NCBI GenBank assembly: GCA_965208765.1 | Contig: OZ242354.1 | Coordinates: 2,921,281-2,985,280, forward strand | Source: Candidatus Poribacteria bacterium | GTDB taxonomy: Bacteria; Poribacteria; WGA-4E; JAJDTR01 | Length of the DNA: 64,000 nt | Reading direction: 5' to 3' | Shown: piece by piece, positions 19,638 to 30,314 of the stretch | Position numbering within the stretch: the stretch's first letter is position 1 | Layout: each line of letters begins with the position of its first letter | The notes under the pieces: model-generated | What the model was told of the DNA's origin: nothing | What the model saw: the letters and a program-made list of their open reading frames with translations, nothing else | The model's database searches: none | Program-made: the position numbers and the translations under genes

Positions 19638-20537
19638 ATGAAACAGGGAAAGGAATCGGAGACAGGTTTACGAATCGCTTTGGGTTCGGTTGAGGAGATT
19701 CGCGCGAACGTGTCGGACAACACGCTCAAGGCGTATAAGCACGCGACGCGCAAGCTGGAATCGTGGCTTGAGGGTCGCGCGCTATCCGATGCGGTGCTGG
19801 CGGAGTATGTGCGTTTTTTGCATGAGCAGGGGAAATCGCCAGCGACGATCAATCTAGTGCTGTCTGCGGTGAAGTGGATGGCGGAATACCACGGGATGGA
19901 TGCCGTGGCTGGTGCGGCGACCGAGGGCGCGTTGTCCGATGTTCGTCAGTCAGGAAAGCGGCGCGAACGGCGTCAGGTGGACGGACTGACGTGGGACGAT
20001 GTGGAGCGAGTTTGCGCCGCAGCGGAATCGGCTGACACGGTGGCGGGGTTGCGCGATGCCGCCATGATTAGCCTCATGAGCGATTGTCTGTTGCGCATCT
20101 CGGAGGTCGTCGCGGTGGATGTGCAGGATGTCAATTCCGAAGGGCTGCGACTCCGCCGACGCGGAAACGATCGAGAGGCTCTGTATATCTGCGAATCGAC
20201 GCGGCGGTTAATCGAACGCTATCGAAGGAGAACGGGCGTTGATTCGGGAGCTCTGTTCCGGCGGGTTCGATTCCAGAACCATGTGACAGAGGAACGTCTC
20301 GGCGTGAAGGGGGCGCGTGAAGCAATACAGCGGTGGGCAGCAGAAGCCGGTATCGAAGGATTCATCAGTGGACACTCTCTCCGTGTCGGGTCTGCGGTAT
20401 CGTTGGCACGGGCGGGGGCGTCGGTCGTCGATATGCAGACGGCGGGCAGATGGAAGTCGGCGGACATGCCGGCGCATTATGCCAAAGCGGAACTGGCGGA
20501 GCGGGGCGCGATCGCCCGGTTCAAAGACGGGAAGTAG
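19638..20537 (+). CDS. Tyrosine recombinase / phage-type integrase
   Basis: N-terminal SAM-like core-binding domain and a catalytic domain carrying the R...HSLRVGSAVSLARAG...AHYAK (catalytic Tyr) pattern. Confidence 0.8.
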   Translation: MKQGKESETGLRIALGSVEEIRANVSDNTLKAYKHATRKLESWLEGRALSDAVLAEYVRFLHEQGKSPATINLVLSAVKWMAEYHGMDAVAGAATEGALSDVRQSGKRRERRQVDGLTWDDVERVCAAAESADTVAGLRDAAMISLMSDCLLRISEVVAVDVQDVNSEGLRLRRRGNDREALYICESTRRLIERYRRRTGVDSGALFRRVRFQNHVTEERLGVKGAREAIQRWAAEAGIEGFISGHSLRVGSAVSLARAGASVVDMQTAGRWKSADMPAHYAKAELAERGAIARFKDGK

Positions 20538-20628
20538 ACAATGAAGTCGAGGTTGCCGGTTGCAAAGATGGGGATGTCCGAGTCAACCTGTTTTTCTCTT
20601 TTCCCCATGCCAAGAGGAGTCCTATCGA

Positions 20629-21009
20629 ATGAGCCGATTACGCAGAAAAGTACTCAATAGATTTTTTAACATTGAAGGAACAGCCCAAGACATGTTAAAT
20701 CATTTCGAATGGGTTGTCCAGTCGTGTCCCGAATGCCAAACCGATGAAGACAAATACGCACTAACTGTTAGCATATTCTTGGAAAAATGGTATGTCGGCA
20801 CGGCGGACACGTATACTGCCAAAAACATGATAATGTCAGCCGCCAAAGAAACGGCTGAAGCGACTAACAAACCATTCAACCTCCAATTAGTCGCCGCCGC
20901 CGCCATTGGAACTTATATCGGTTCTCGGCAGAAAAAACCGCCGCAATCCGCTTTATACCATGTGAGTCTGTTCAACGCCGTGTGTGAAGTAATCCCGGAA
21001 TCTTTGTAA
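20629..21009 (+). CDS. Hypothetical protein
   Basis: Start taken at MSRLRRKV. Low-GC ORF immediately after the integrase. No motif recognised. Confidence 0.35.
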   Translation: MSRLRRKVLNRFFNIEGTAQDMLNHFEWVVQSCPECQTDEDKYALTVSIFLEKWYVGTADTYTAKNMIMSAAKETAEATNKPFNLQLVAAAAIGTYIGSRQKKPPQSALYHVSLFNAVCEVIPESL

Positions 21010-21060
21010 AGAGGTTCAAAGATGGGAAGTGAAAGCGGTATTCCAAAAAAGGAGAAATGA

Positions 21061-21357
21061 CATGAAGCGAGAATTGATCTATGCGGCGGCGGTTGTGTTG
21101 GGGCGCTGATGACTATGGCGTTGGGGTTCGTCGTGTCACGCGGAACACAAAGCGAATCACCTGCCGACTGGGAAGACGGCTATTTTAATGTGATTAACTG
21201 CCGGCGAGTGCGGTTGGTCGTTGACCTGAAAGAGGATGAATACTACGAGACGACGCTAAGTCCATTAAACCTCGTGTTTGGTCGGCGAAAGGGCGAAAAA
21301 GGCGTGATGGCGGGCAATGTGGTGGGCAGTTATGGCATGACGGTAACGGCGAAATAG
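21061..21357 (+). pseudogene. Small secreted hypothetical protein, apparently frameshifted at a GGGG run
   Basis: MKRELIYAAAVVLGR then a stop. The hydrophobic signal-like segment continues in the +1 frame as MTMALGFVVSR. Adding one G to the GGGG at about 21097 would fuse the two. Confidence 0.35.
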
Positions 21358-22178
21358 TAAATGTGTGCAGCGATTATATTCGTGTGGGTAGAGAGGAAAA
21401 AACGGACATGCGAGAGGCACAGTTTGGAATCAACGAACATGGAGGGTTCGTCGGCGTTTTTGGCATTGGCGACACACAATCTCGTGCGCTTATGGGCGTG
21501 AACGAGTATGGGGACGGCGCAATAAGCACTTGGTGGAAGAACGGCGAACGCCGGGCAAATCTGAAGTGAATCTAAGGAAGGGAAGTAGAGGAGGAAACAG
21601 ATGATTCATAGGGCTTTGCTTAAAGTGTTCGGATGCAGTGGCGCGGGCGCATTGTCGGGGGGAATAATGATCTATTTATTCGTCTGGAGCGAGTGGGTTG
21701 AATGGGGCGTAGAATCGGCACAGCCGTTTCGATTAGATTGGCACGAGAAAGAGATGGTGTTTTTATTTGCGGTTGTCGGGACGTTAGTTGGAATGATAGG
21801 CGGTATCGGTTGGGCAATCGAACATAACGAAGCGAGATGGCATTCATTGGTTGTTCACGATCCCACTAACCGGAATGGGCGTGGGGATAGTAACGGCATT
21901 GGAAAGTGCGGGCGTGTTTGCGCGGCTCAAGGATAGGAAGTAAAGACGGAATCAATCGGCGGGCAATGCGGAATTGGAACGCAATTCGGGAGGCGCTGGC
22001 GGGTACAAAGGATTTTGACACGGTGCTTGGCAGGTTTTCATTTGACGACGCGGGGGATGCCGTGTACAATCCCGTCATGTTGATTGTGCGGAACGGGGAG
22101 TTTGAGGTGTTTGAGTAGGTGTGTGCAGTTTTGATGAGATTCGATATCAATCATTCAAAACATGGAGGATGACGTTAA

Positions 22179-22610
22179 ATGGTGTTGACATTTTTGAACA
22201 AGCATAGGCATATTGGTCTTTTGGTTCTCCGCATCGGGATCGGGTTGATGTTTATCGTTCACGGAGCGCCGAAACTATTTGACGGACCAGAGAAGTGGGA
22301 GAAACTTGGCATGGCAATGGCGACGCTCGGCATCGGGTTCGCGCCGGCGTTTTGGGGATTCATGGCGGCGGTTTCGGAGTTTTTCGGCGGCATCTGTCTC
22401 ATCCTCGGATTCGTTTTTCGGCCGGCTTGTATCCTTTTGACGATAACCATGCTGGTTGCCTCTATCAGCCATCTGAGCCGCGGGGACGGTTTGGGCGGTG
22501 CCTCTCATGCCATCGAACTCGGAATCGTGTTCTTGAGTTTGATCTTGATTGGTGCGGGGAAATATAGCCTTGACGAGAAGTTGCAGCCGCATCAAGAGGA
22601 GAGCAGCTAA
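22179..22610 (+). CDS. DoxX-family membrane protein
   Basis: The DoxX signature GLLVLRIGIGLMFIVHG and four TM segments. Confidence 0.75.
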   Translation: MVLTFLNKHRHIGLLVLRIGIGLMFIVHGAPKLFDGPEKWEKLGMAMATLGIGFAPAFWGFMAAVSEFFGGICLILGFVFRPACILLTITMLVASISHLSRGDGLGGASHAIELGIVFLSLILIGAGKYSLDEKLQPHQEESS

Positions 22611-22630
22611 GCTGAATGGCGGGGCAAGAA

Positions 22631-22750
22631 GATCTCTACCGCACTCACTATCCGTTCGCTTGATTCCCGCCTACGGTGCCGGTGGGAACGCGATGTGAGT
22701 TCTATCGCCTTAAGATTTCTATCGCGCTCATTATCCATTCGCTTGATCCC
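22631..22750 (-). repeat. MITE-like dispersed repeat, two adjacent units in reverse orientation
   Basis: GATCTCTACCGCACTCACTATCCGTTCGCTTGATTCCC followed by ...GAGTTCTATCGCCTTAAGATTTCTATCGCGCTCATTATCCATTCGCTTGATCCC. Confidence 0.55.
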
Positions 22751-23920
22751 TCAGGAAAATGAGGGGTTGACGGTCTGTTTTTCGACAGCTTGCAAGGCTT
22801 GGTCTACAAGAGCGTCGACTTCTAGGGCGTCTTCTGCGGCTTGAGCGTCTTCAATCGCGGCGTTGGTGGCGGGGTGGTCGGGCACAAATAGCGAGCAGCA
22901 GTCCTGGTGCGGCAGCGTGGAAACCTCAAAAGTGCCAATCCGCTGCGCCAGATTGATAATCTCCTCTTTGTCATCGCCGATGAGCGGGCGGAGCACCGGC
23001 AGTCGCGCCGCGTCTTCAATCACCTTGAGATTTGCAAGGGTTTGCGAGGCGACTTGCCCCAGACTCTCTCCCGTAATTAGCGCTAACGCTCCCTCCCGCT
23101 CCGCAATCCGCTCGGCAATTCTCATCATCATTCGCCTATAAAGAATGACGCGAAACGGCGCCGGAGTTTTTGTCACAATCTCGCGCTGAATCTCCGCGAA
23201 CGGGACATAGTAGACCTGCGTTCGATGATTGGACTTCGCCAATATCCCCACGAGTTCCGCCGCCTTTTCGAGCGACGCTTTGTCCGTGTACGGATAGCTG
23301 TGGAAGTGAATAAAGACCGCCTTTGCGCCGCGTTTCATCATGCGCCACGCCGCCACGGGCGAGTCGATGCCGCCGGAGAGCATCACAAGCACCTTGCCGC
23401 TGACACCGACGGGCAATCCGCCGACTCCTCGAATCTTGTCGGTGTAGATGTAGGCTGATTTCTCGACAATCTCAATCCAACACAGCAAATCGGGATGGTG
23501 CATGTCCGCCCTGGCGCCGGTGTGTTTGAGCAGATGCGCTCCGACCTCGGCACTGATTTCGGGGGAGGTCAGCGGAAAATTCTTGTTGGCGCGCCTCGTT
23601 TCGACCTTCAGTGTTTGGAATTCCCGCTCTCGAATCCATTCCAGCGCTCCGTTCTTTATCGCCTCCATATTCTGCTCGGTGACACGGCATAGCTCGAAAT
23701 GCGCGATTCCCATGATATGCCCCAAGCGCCGCTGAATCTCGGGGATATCGGAATTTACGCCCAACGTCACCAGAATCCTGCCGTGAATGCGCTGAACATC
23801 GGTGTATTCCGTACCTTCGAGCGCTTGCTTGAGGTTTCGGACGAGTCGGTTCTCAAAGAAGGATCTGTTCTTGCCCTTCAGACCGATCTCGCCGTAGTGA
23901 ACGATGAAGACTCTTTGCAT
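22751..23920 (-). CDS. thiI: tRNA 4-thiouridine synthase ThiI
   Basis: N-terminal THUMP domain and the PP-loop SGGIDSPVAAW. 389 aa. Confidence 0.85.
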   Translation of the reverse strand: MQRVFIVHYGEIGLKGKNRSFFENRLVRNLKQALEGTEYTDVQRIHGRILVTLGVNSDIPEIQRRLGHIMGIAHFELCRVTEQNMEAIKNGALEWIREREFQTLKVETRRANKNFPLTSPEISAEVGAHLLKHTGARADMHHPDLLCWIEIVEKSAYIYTDKIRGVGGLPVGVSGKVLVMLSGGIDSPVAAWRMMKRGAKAVFIHFHSYPYTDKASLEKAAELVGILAKSNHRTQVYYVPFAEIQREIVTKTPAPFRVILYRRMMMRIAERIAEREGALALITGESLGQVASQTLANLKVIEDAARLPVLRPLIGDDKEEIINLAQRIGTFEVSTLPHQDCCSLFVPDHPATNAAIEDAQAAEDALEVDALVDQALQAVEKQTVNPSFS

Positions 23921-24330
23921 GTTTGTTCTAGAATTTGTGAAGCACGTTTTAGAATTGGCGTTTTTCTTGTGGAGCGACTACTAATAATTAGATTGAGTGT
24001 ATGGAACACGGCAAGGGTGATAGATTTCCCTTCCATACCATCCTCAATCATCTGGAACAGGTGAAGAGTTGCGGTGTTCCTTTACACGACGAGAATTTCG
24101 TCTTAAATTTGGCGGTCAAAGATTGTCTCAGAAACGGAAAAATGGGACCCGCGAGTTGGGCTTCACTGAATTCTACACAACCTACAACCGGAGGTGCTGA
24201 TCGACATCTGATGAACCCTGCTTCCTGTTGAAGGCGGTGAAACCGGCAGCGGTTTTCATCGTTTGTGTCGTTACTTGATATGTCAATTTCCCGCCCCAAC
24301 GCATGACTCGCCGATTGTAGAACCGCAACC

Positions 24331-25083
24331 ATGAAATTCGCCGCCCGAACAGACATAGGAAAATTTCGCACGCTCAACGAAGATATGTATTTTGTTGACG
24401 AAGACATCGGTCTGTTTGTTCTTGCGGACGGCGTGGGAGGCCACGACGCGGGCGATGTGGCAAGCGGCATCGCTGTCGCCGTTTTCCAAGAATGGACAGA
24501 TAAACATCACAAATTGACCGAGGACAGCATAGACACCAGCCCCGCCGGAAAACTGGAGACGTTGAAAGCGCTTGTCAACGAGGCGAATCACCAAGTCTAC
24601 GAGAGATCATTAACCAGAGATTTCAGCAACGGGATGGGGACAACCCTCATCGGGGGCTTTATTACGCCGTCCGAGCTAATCTATGCCCACGTCGGGGACA
24701 GCAGGCTCTACATCTTGCGAAACGGCGTTCTCGAGCAGATAACTAAAGACCACTCGTTAGTTCAAAAACTGGTAGATCTCGGACAATTAACGCCACGTGA
24801 GGCTCGTGTCCATCGCCATCGAAATATTATTGATCGGGCAATCGGGTTTGAGTCGTCTGTAGAGGTCGATTTCGACATTTGCCCCCTTATCTCCGATGAC
24901 ATTGTTCTTGCATGCACGGACGGACTACACGACATGATAGTTGACGATGCGGAGATCGCCCGGATAATTACGGACGCATCAGACCTTGATGCCGCAAGTC
25001 TCGCACTGATCGACAAGGTACTCGAGTACGGCGGCAAAGACAATGTGACCCTGGTTCTCGCCGACCCCTTTAAAAATCGCTAA
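24331..25083 (+). CDS. PP2C-family Ser/Thr protein phosphatase
   Basis: RTDIGKFRTLNED, FVLADGVGGHDAG and the catalytic motif D(194)GLHD. Confidence 0.85.
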   Translation: MKFAARTDIGKFRTLNEDMYFVDEDIGLFVLADGVGGHDAGDVASGIAVAVFQEWTDKHHKLTEDSIDTSPAGKLETLKALVNEANHQVYERSLTRDFSNGMGTTLIGGFITPSELIYAHVGDSRLYILRNGVLEQITKDHSLVQKLVDLGQLTPREARVHRHRNIIDRAIGFESSVEVDFDICPLISDDIVLACTDGLHDMIVDDAEIARIITDASDLDAASLALIDKVLEYGGKDNVTLVLADPFKNR

Positions 25084-25470
25084 TTCTACTTCTCAATAGC
25101 CATTTTCGTTCATATTCACGCAGGTCTCGGTCAATAAGCAAATGAAATATAGCGAACGATTTAAGATTGTTGCGGCAATCCTATTGTGGTAGCGCTAGTG
25201 GCTCGCGGCAAGAGGTCGCGATCAGGACATCGCTCCTACAGAACCTCTGCTAGTGCGGTGTAAACATCCTTGGGCCCTTAAACAGTCGACGGGGTGAGGA
25301 CAATTCTAACGCACGAGATTTACTGCGAGGACCTGCTATCCATTCGGTTAATCGCAATTCACTCACTTGATAGTTGATCGTACTCTACGGAATTGTGCCA
25401 GTAAGAAACCAAGTTTCAAAGAAAACGGGCTTGTGATCAGAAAGAACCTTGAAAATCGTGAGTTATCATT

Positions 25471-25890
25471 ATGAAAGACTCAGCTAAACCGAGGCTTCTC
25501 TCCGGAGGCAATCCGCAAATTCCAAAGGGTGACGGGGATTCCCACGTACAAGCCTACATCGCAGCCATGCCGGACTGGAAACACAACGTCGGACGCAGCC
25601 TCGACGCACTAATCGTCCGCACGGTACCCGAAGTGCGCAAGGCGGTGCGGTGGAACTCGCCCTTTTATGGCATTGAGGGCCAGGGCTGGTTCCTCTCCTT
25701 CCATTGCTTCACGAAGTACGTCAAGGTAACTTTCCTAAACGGCGCGTCGCTGCGGCCCGTCCCGCCCGTCGAATCCAAGCATGAGGACGTGCGCTACTTT
25801 CACATCCACAAGGATGATCAACTCGACGAAGAGTTATTGGAGAATTGGATTCGGCAGGCATCGGAACTGCCCGGAGAAGCCATGTTTTGA
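25471..25890 (+). CDS. DUF1801 (YdhG/YdeI-like) domain protein
   Basis: KAVRWNSPFYGIEGQGWFLSFHCFTKYVKVTFLNG is the DUF1801 pattern. Confidence 0.55.
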   Translation: MKDSAKPRLLSGGNPQIPKGDGDSHVQAYIAAMPDWKHNVGRSLDALIVRTVPEVRKAVRWNSPFYGIEGQGWFLSFHCFTKYVKVTFLNGASLRPVPPVESKHEDVRYFHIHKDDQLDEELLENWIRQASELPGEAMF

Positions 25891-25989
25891 GTATGCCCGA
25901 CCGATACTCCATGCGGGATAAAGTGGCCCGGCTCGGTTAATCGATAAAGATCCCAATTCGATTCCCACTCTCAAATTACGCCGCGTTGG

Positions 25990-26075
25990 CGGGGATCAGA
26001 GACGGACCTCTATCAGAATCTTCTATGGGCTCTCTATCGCCCTCCCGATTCGGTCGGTGGATCATATTGAGCAGT
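25990..26075 (-). repeat. MITE-like dispersed repeat copy
   Basis: GGGATCAGAGACGGACCTCTATCAGAATCTTCTATGGGCTCTCTATCGCCCTCCCGATTCGGTCGGTGGATC. Confidence 0.45.
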
Positions 26076-26087
26076 AGTCCGTGTCCG

Positions 26088-26552
26088 CTATTTGTGCCGC
26101 ACGAATCGGATGATGGCACTGGTTTTCACAAAAAATGCGGTGAACATCAGGAAGGCAAACCAGCCAATCAATATACTCCACGGTCGCTGCACAATCAATG
26201 CCCTCGACGTGTAAACGAAATAGGAGCCATAGGCAAGCACGGCGAAAAAGAGCAGCAACATAACGGCTTGGAGCAGTTCCCGAACAACGACGAGTGACTT
26301 GGGGAGCGGTGCCTCTTCGCTCTCCCGTCGAGTGTGCCCCAGGATGAGACCGACTGTGATGGTTGTTAGCCAACCCAGTAGTAATCCCCACGGTCGGTTA
26401 TGCAGGTCGTGGTCCGCTTCTCTGGCAGCGATGAAGTGGAGGGTGCCGACGAAGAGGCCAAGGGCGGTGAGAAATATCACGGACAGGAAAATCACCTCTT
26501 TAACGGCGCGCCTAAGTGCTAACTCGTTACCGGTATCTTTAGGTAACCGCAT
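26088..26552 (-). CDS. Hypothetical integral membrane protein with four TM segments
   Basis: Hydrophobic segments only; no motif recognised. Confidence 0.4.
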   Translation of the reverse strand: MRLPKDTGNELALRRAVKEVIFLSVIFLTALGLFVGTLHFIAAREADHDLHNRPWGLLLGWLTTITVGLILGHTRRESEEAPLPKSLVVVRELLQAVMLLLFFAVLAYGSYFVYTSRALIVQRPWSILIGWFAFLMFTAFFVKTSAIIRFVRHK

Positions 26553-26711
26553 TGTTCAATTTACCTTTGTCATTCCCCGGTCAGAGTTGGGAAGGGAGTG
26601 AGTTTGACTGTCCTCCACTCTCGTGCGAAGGGGAACCTCGTACTAGAGTCGTTGCAACTAAGTGGTTTATTTTCTAAAAAAATATGGTTAGTGTTGGGTG
26701 CCGGTGCGGTT

Positions 26712-26985
26712 AGAAAGGGATCTCTATCGCCTTCGCTATCCACTCAGTTGATCACCTACCGGCGTGGTAGAATGGGTTTCTTGTGCCAGTCTCGTAAGTA
26801 TTAAATACTTAGCGAGAAAACCACTAAGGATTTTACATTCGGACTTTCGTTGTGCGATTTGTCGTAGCGCAATGTGTTGCATGTTTTCTGGAGGAGCGAA
26901 CTCTGCTCGTGACAAGAAGTCGCGACCTGGAGAAGATCTCTATCGCATTCGCTATCCACTCATTTGATCCCCTACAGTTGTTTTG
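26712..26985 (-). repeat. Two short MITE-like repeat copies in an intergenic region (26712-26760 and 26930-26985)
   Basis: GGATCTCTATCGCCTTCGCTATCCACTCAGTTGATCACCTAC and AGATCTCTATCGCATTCGCTATCCACTCATTTGATCCCCTACAG. Confidence 0.5.
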
Positions 26986-27123
26986 TTGTAACAATCTTCC
27001 AATGCCAAATCCAGTATTTCCGTTCTTTTCATTTCGCGTCCGCTTTGCCCGTTCGTTTGTCTGTATATCGCAATATGTATAACCATGAATGCAAATGACT
27101 GTAAGACTATCATTCATTGATCC

Positions 27124-30100
27124 TTACGATTCCGAATAATCCGTTGCGTCCGTCTCCGGTAGTGTCGGCACTTGAGTATCTGCATCGTACTTGCGAACAG
27201 AAAATCGATCGAGAATTACGTAAAGCACCGGAATGATGGTCAGTGTACAGATTGTCTGTACGATAATCGCGCCGATTTCGACCCCCGCCAAAGTTGCTCG
27301 CATAATTGCCGCCCCGCGATCTCCGAGCGTCTGCGGAAACATGCTGATGATGATGGTCAAATTTGTCATGATAATCGTCCGTAATTTTAGCGGACACGCC
27401 TTCAACAGCGCCTCTTTAACCGGCATCCCTTGCTGCCGAAATATGTGCGTCTGATCGAGTAAGAGAATTGCGTCGTTTACGACAATCCCAATTAACATAA
27501 TGAGCGCCAACAGTGAAAAGATATTGATAGTCAGTCCAAAAATCCACATTGACAATACCGCACCAACAAATCCCAAGGGAAGAGTAAGCATAATTGTGAA
27601 AGGGTGGAGATAGGAACCCAGGAGGGCGGCAAGCAGCATGTACGTCAACACGACGGCTTGAACTAATGCCACGCTAATCGCTTGATAGGATTCGGCTTGC
27701 ATTTCAGCGTCGCTTCCCATACGAATCTGATAGCCGGGCGGCAATTTAATCCGGCTAACTTGCCGTTGAATCTTGCCGACGACCTCTCCAAGGGATTGAT
27801 CAGTAATGTTCGCTTCGACAGCAAACACATTCTGTTTGTTTTTGCGTGCAATTTGCGTTTCACCGGAGCGCTCAACGAGGGCGCCCAATGAGGCTAGCGA
27901 CACTAAACCGTTTTGGGTTCGAATCAGGATGCGGCCGACACTCTCGGCAATTTCCACGTCTTTCTTTGCCAATTGTACCCGAATGTCGTATTCTTCGTCT
28001 CCTTCCTCATACGTGGAGGCGGTCACCCCTGTTAAGCTGTAGCCCAAGGCTTGTCCAACCTCCGCTACCGTTAAACCGTAATCTTTAAGCCTATTTCGGT
28101 CGGGAAGAAAAGTCATTTCTGGTTTGCCCGTTCGTACAGTAGTTTTTGTTTCTACCAATTCAGGCATTTTGTCTACGATATCCTTCACTTGGTTGGTGAC
28201 TGCAATCAACTTCACCCTTTCATCTCCCAAGATTTCTATTCTGATGTCCGATCCACCGCCGGGAAGCATCTGTTGCCGAACGACTCCGGGAAACTTGCCA
28301 TCCAAAATGGATCGCAATTCGTCGTTAACCTCTAGAACGTGTTTCTTACGATCTTTGGGCAAAACCACTAACAACTCGGCATACTCGACCCCTTCGTTAA
28401 CTCCGACACCTTTCCCGATTTTCGTTAAGACATCCTTGACCTCGGGCGAATCTCTCAGGACGGCTTCCATCTCCAACGTTATCTCGTTTGTCTCGGCTAA
28501 TGTCGTACCGGGAGGAAGTTCCACGCTGATGATAATAAAGTCGCCGTTGGACTTGGGAATAAATTCGCCTCCCAAGGTACCTGCCAAAAATACCGATCCC
28601 ACAATCAATACGATTGCAACCAGTACGTTTACCCAAAGGTGTTTGAGTGACCAACCGAGTATCCTCGTATAACCTCGTTCCAGACCTTCCATTCCCCGGT
28701 TCCAAAGGCGGAAAAAGGGGTTCGGTATTTTCCCTTCTTCGGTCGGTTTAAGGAGATGGGCAGCCAACATCGGCGTCATTGTAAACGACAGCCAGAGCGA
28801 AAAGATTGTGGCGAAAACAACCGTCAGTCCGAACTCGACGAAGAATGCTCCAACCAGTCCAGACATGAACGCAATCGGGACAAAAACAAATATGTTTGTC
28901 ATCGTCGATCCGATTACGGCAATGGTGACCTCTTTCGTTCCTTCGGCTGCCGCAATCTCTGCAGACTCGCCCGCGTCCATACGCCGAGTGACATTTTCCA
29001 GAATGACGATGGCGTTGACAACGAGGGTTCCAATCGATAGACCGAGTCCGAGCATTGACATGATGTTCAAGGTGAATCCGAACATACGCATTAGAAAAAA
29101 TGCCGAAAGAATACACGCGGGCATCACAACTGCAACGATGATTGTCATTCGTACATTGTGGAGGAAAAGGTACAGAATAACTGAAGTCAAGATGACCCCG
29201 ATAATGATGTTTGTTTGAACATCGTTGACCGAATCCAAAATCTTGACGGATTCATCTTTGACCACTTCAATTTCAACATCAGCGGGAAGCTGCGCTTCAA
29301 GTATCTTGATTGTCTTGCGAACATCATCCGCAAGCCTAATCGGCTGCGCATCGTTGAGTTTGATAATACTCAGCGTAATCCCTTCCTTGCCATCATAGCG
29401 AGCAGTCAATCGCTTCTCGGCGAACGTATCATCGACTGAACCCAGTTCACCCAGTTTAACGCTCCCACCTGACCGACGGAAAACATCCAGATGTCGAAGT
29501 TCGTCGAGGCTAGTGAATTCGCCTTCCATGCGGACGGTAAATTCATCTTTCGATTGGATAATTCGCCCGGCGGGAATTGATAGATTTCCGGATTTTATCG
29601 CCTGTACGACATCCGTAATCGAAAGCTCATATCCTTTCAATCGTTCTTTGGAGAGATTTACCTGAATCTCCCGTTTCTCACCGCCCAGAATATTAACACT
29701 CGCAACGCCTCGTATCCGCGATAAAGCCTCTTTTATGTCTCCGTCCGCAAACTCATATAGCTCGCGCAAAGGTTGGTCTCCGGTGAGAATCAACTCCATG
29801 ATCGGAGAAGCGCCTAGCTCGAATTTCTCGGCAATCGGCGGCTCCGCGTCATCCGGCAATCTGTTGATAATGGCATCAACTTTGTCCTTCACATCAATGT
29901 GGGCGAGGTCGACATCGGTACCAAACTCAAATTCAATAGTAACGATTGAGGCGCTATCACGTGAGTAGGATTCGATACTCTTGATACCGCCAATTGTGGT
30001 AACGGCATCTTCAATCTCTTTGGTAACTTGACTTTCAATCTCCACCGGATTTGCTCCCGGCCAGATAGTGGTTACCCCCACTACCGGGATATCAACTTCC

Positions 30101-30213
30101 GGGAATAGGTCTATGGTCAGCATTGAAAACGAGACGATTCCGAGAAATACGAACACCAGATTGACCATGACCGCAAGTACCGGTCGTTCGATACAGGTTT
30201 TTGCCAAATTCAT
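27124..30213 (-). CDS. RND efflux transporter permease (HAE1/AcrB family)
   Basis: 1029 aa and 12 TM segments. AcrB-type motifs in TM4 and TM10, plus large periplasmic loops. Confidence 0.9.
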   Translation of the reverse strand: MNLAKTCIERPVLAVMVNLVFVFLGIVSFSMLTIDLFPEVDIPVVGVTTIWPGANPVEIESQVTKEIEDAVTTIGGIKSIESYSRDSASIVTIEFEFGTDVDLAHIDVKDKVDAIINRLPDDAEPPIAEKFELGASPIMELILTGDQPLRELYEFADGDIKEALSRIRGVASVNILGGEKREIQVNLSKERLKGYELSITDVVQAIKSGNLSIPAGRIIQSKDEFTVRMEGEFTSLDELRHLDVFRRSGGSVKLGELGSVDDTFAEKRLTARYDGKEGITLSIIKLNDAQPIRLADDVRKTIKILEAQLPADVEIEVVKDESVKILDSVNDVQTNIIIGVILTSVILYLFLHNVRMTIIVAVVMPACILSAFFLMRMFGFTLNIMSMLGLGLSIGTLVVNAIVILENVTRRMDAGESAEIAAAEGTKEVTIAVIGSTMTNIFVFVPIAFMSGLVGAFFVEFGLTVVFATIFSLWLSFTMTPMLAAHLLKPTEEGKIPNPFFRLWNRGMEGLERGYTRILGWSLKHLWVNVLVAIVLIVGSVFLAGTLGGEFIPKSNGDFIIISVELPPGTTLAETNEITLEMEAVLRDSPEVKDVLTKIGKGVGVNEGVEYAELLVVLPKDRKKHVLEVNDELRSILDGKFPGVVRQQMLPGGGSDIRIEILGDERVKLIAVTNQVKDIVDKMPELVETKTTVRTGKPEMTFLPDRNRLKDYGLTVAEVGQALGYSLTGVTASTYEEGDEEYDIRVQLAKKDVEIAESVGRILIRTQNGLVSLASLGALVERSGETQIARKNKQNVFAVEANITDQSLGEVVGKIQRQVSRIKLPPGYQIRMGSDAEMQAESYQAISVALVQAVVLTYMLLAALLGSYLHPFTIMLTLPLGFVGAVLSMWIFGLTINIFSLLALIMLIGIVVNDAILLLDQTHIFRQQGMPVKEALLKACPLKLRTIIMTNLTIIISMFPQTLGDRGAAIMRATLAGVEIGAIIVQTICTLTIIPVLYVILDRFSVRKYDADTQVPTLPETDATDYSES

Positions 30214-30314
30214 ATCGTATGATTTCCTTTTAGGCTGTGAGCGAGAAATCGTTTTGAAGCCCGGTCATAAATTTCAAGCGGGCATTTTCAGTGTTGTGTA
30301 TCTTGGGAACGAGT

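Noticed and set aside
20565-20579. A shared 15-mer, GGTTGCAAAGATGGG, at 20565 and 58884 as a possible att site pair
   Set aside because: The expected number of chance 15-mer identities in 128 kb of two-strand sequence is several. There is no flanking similarity.
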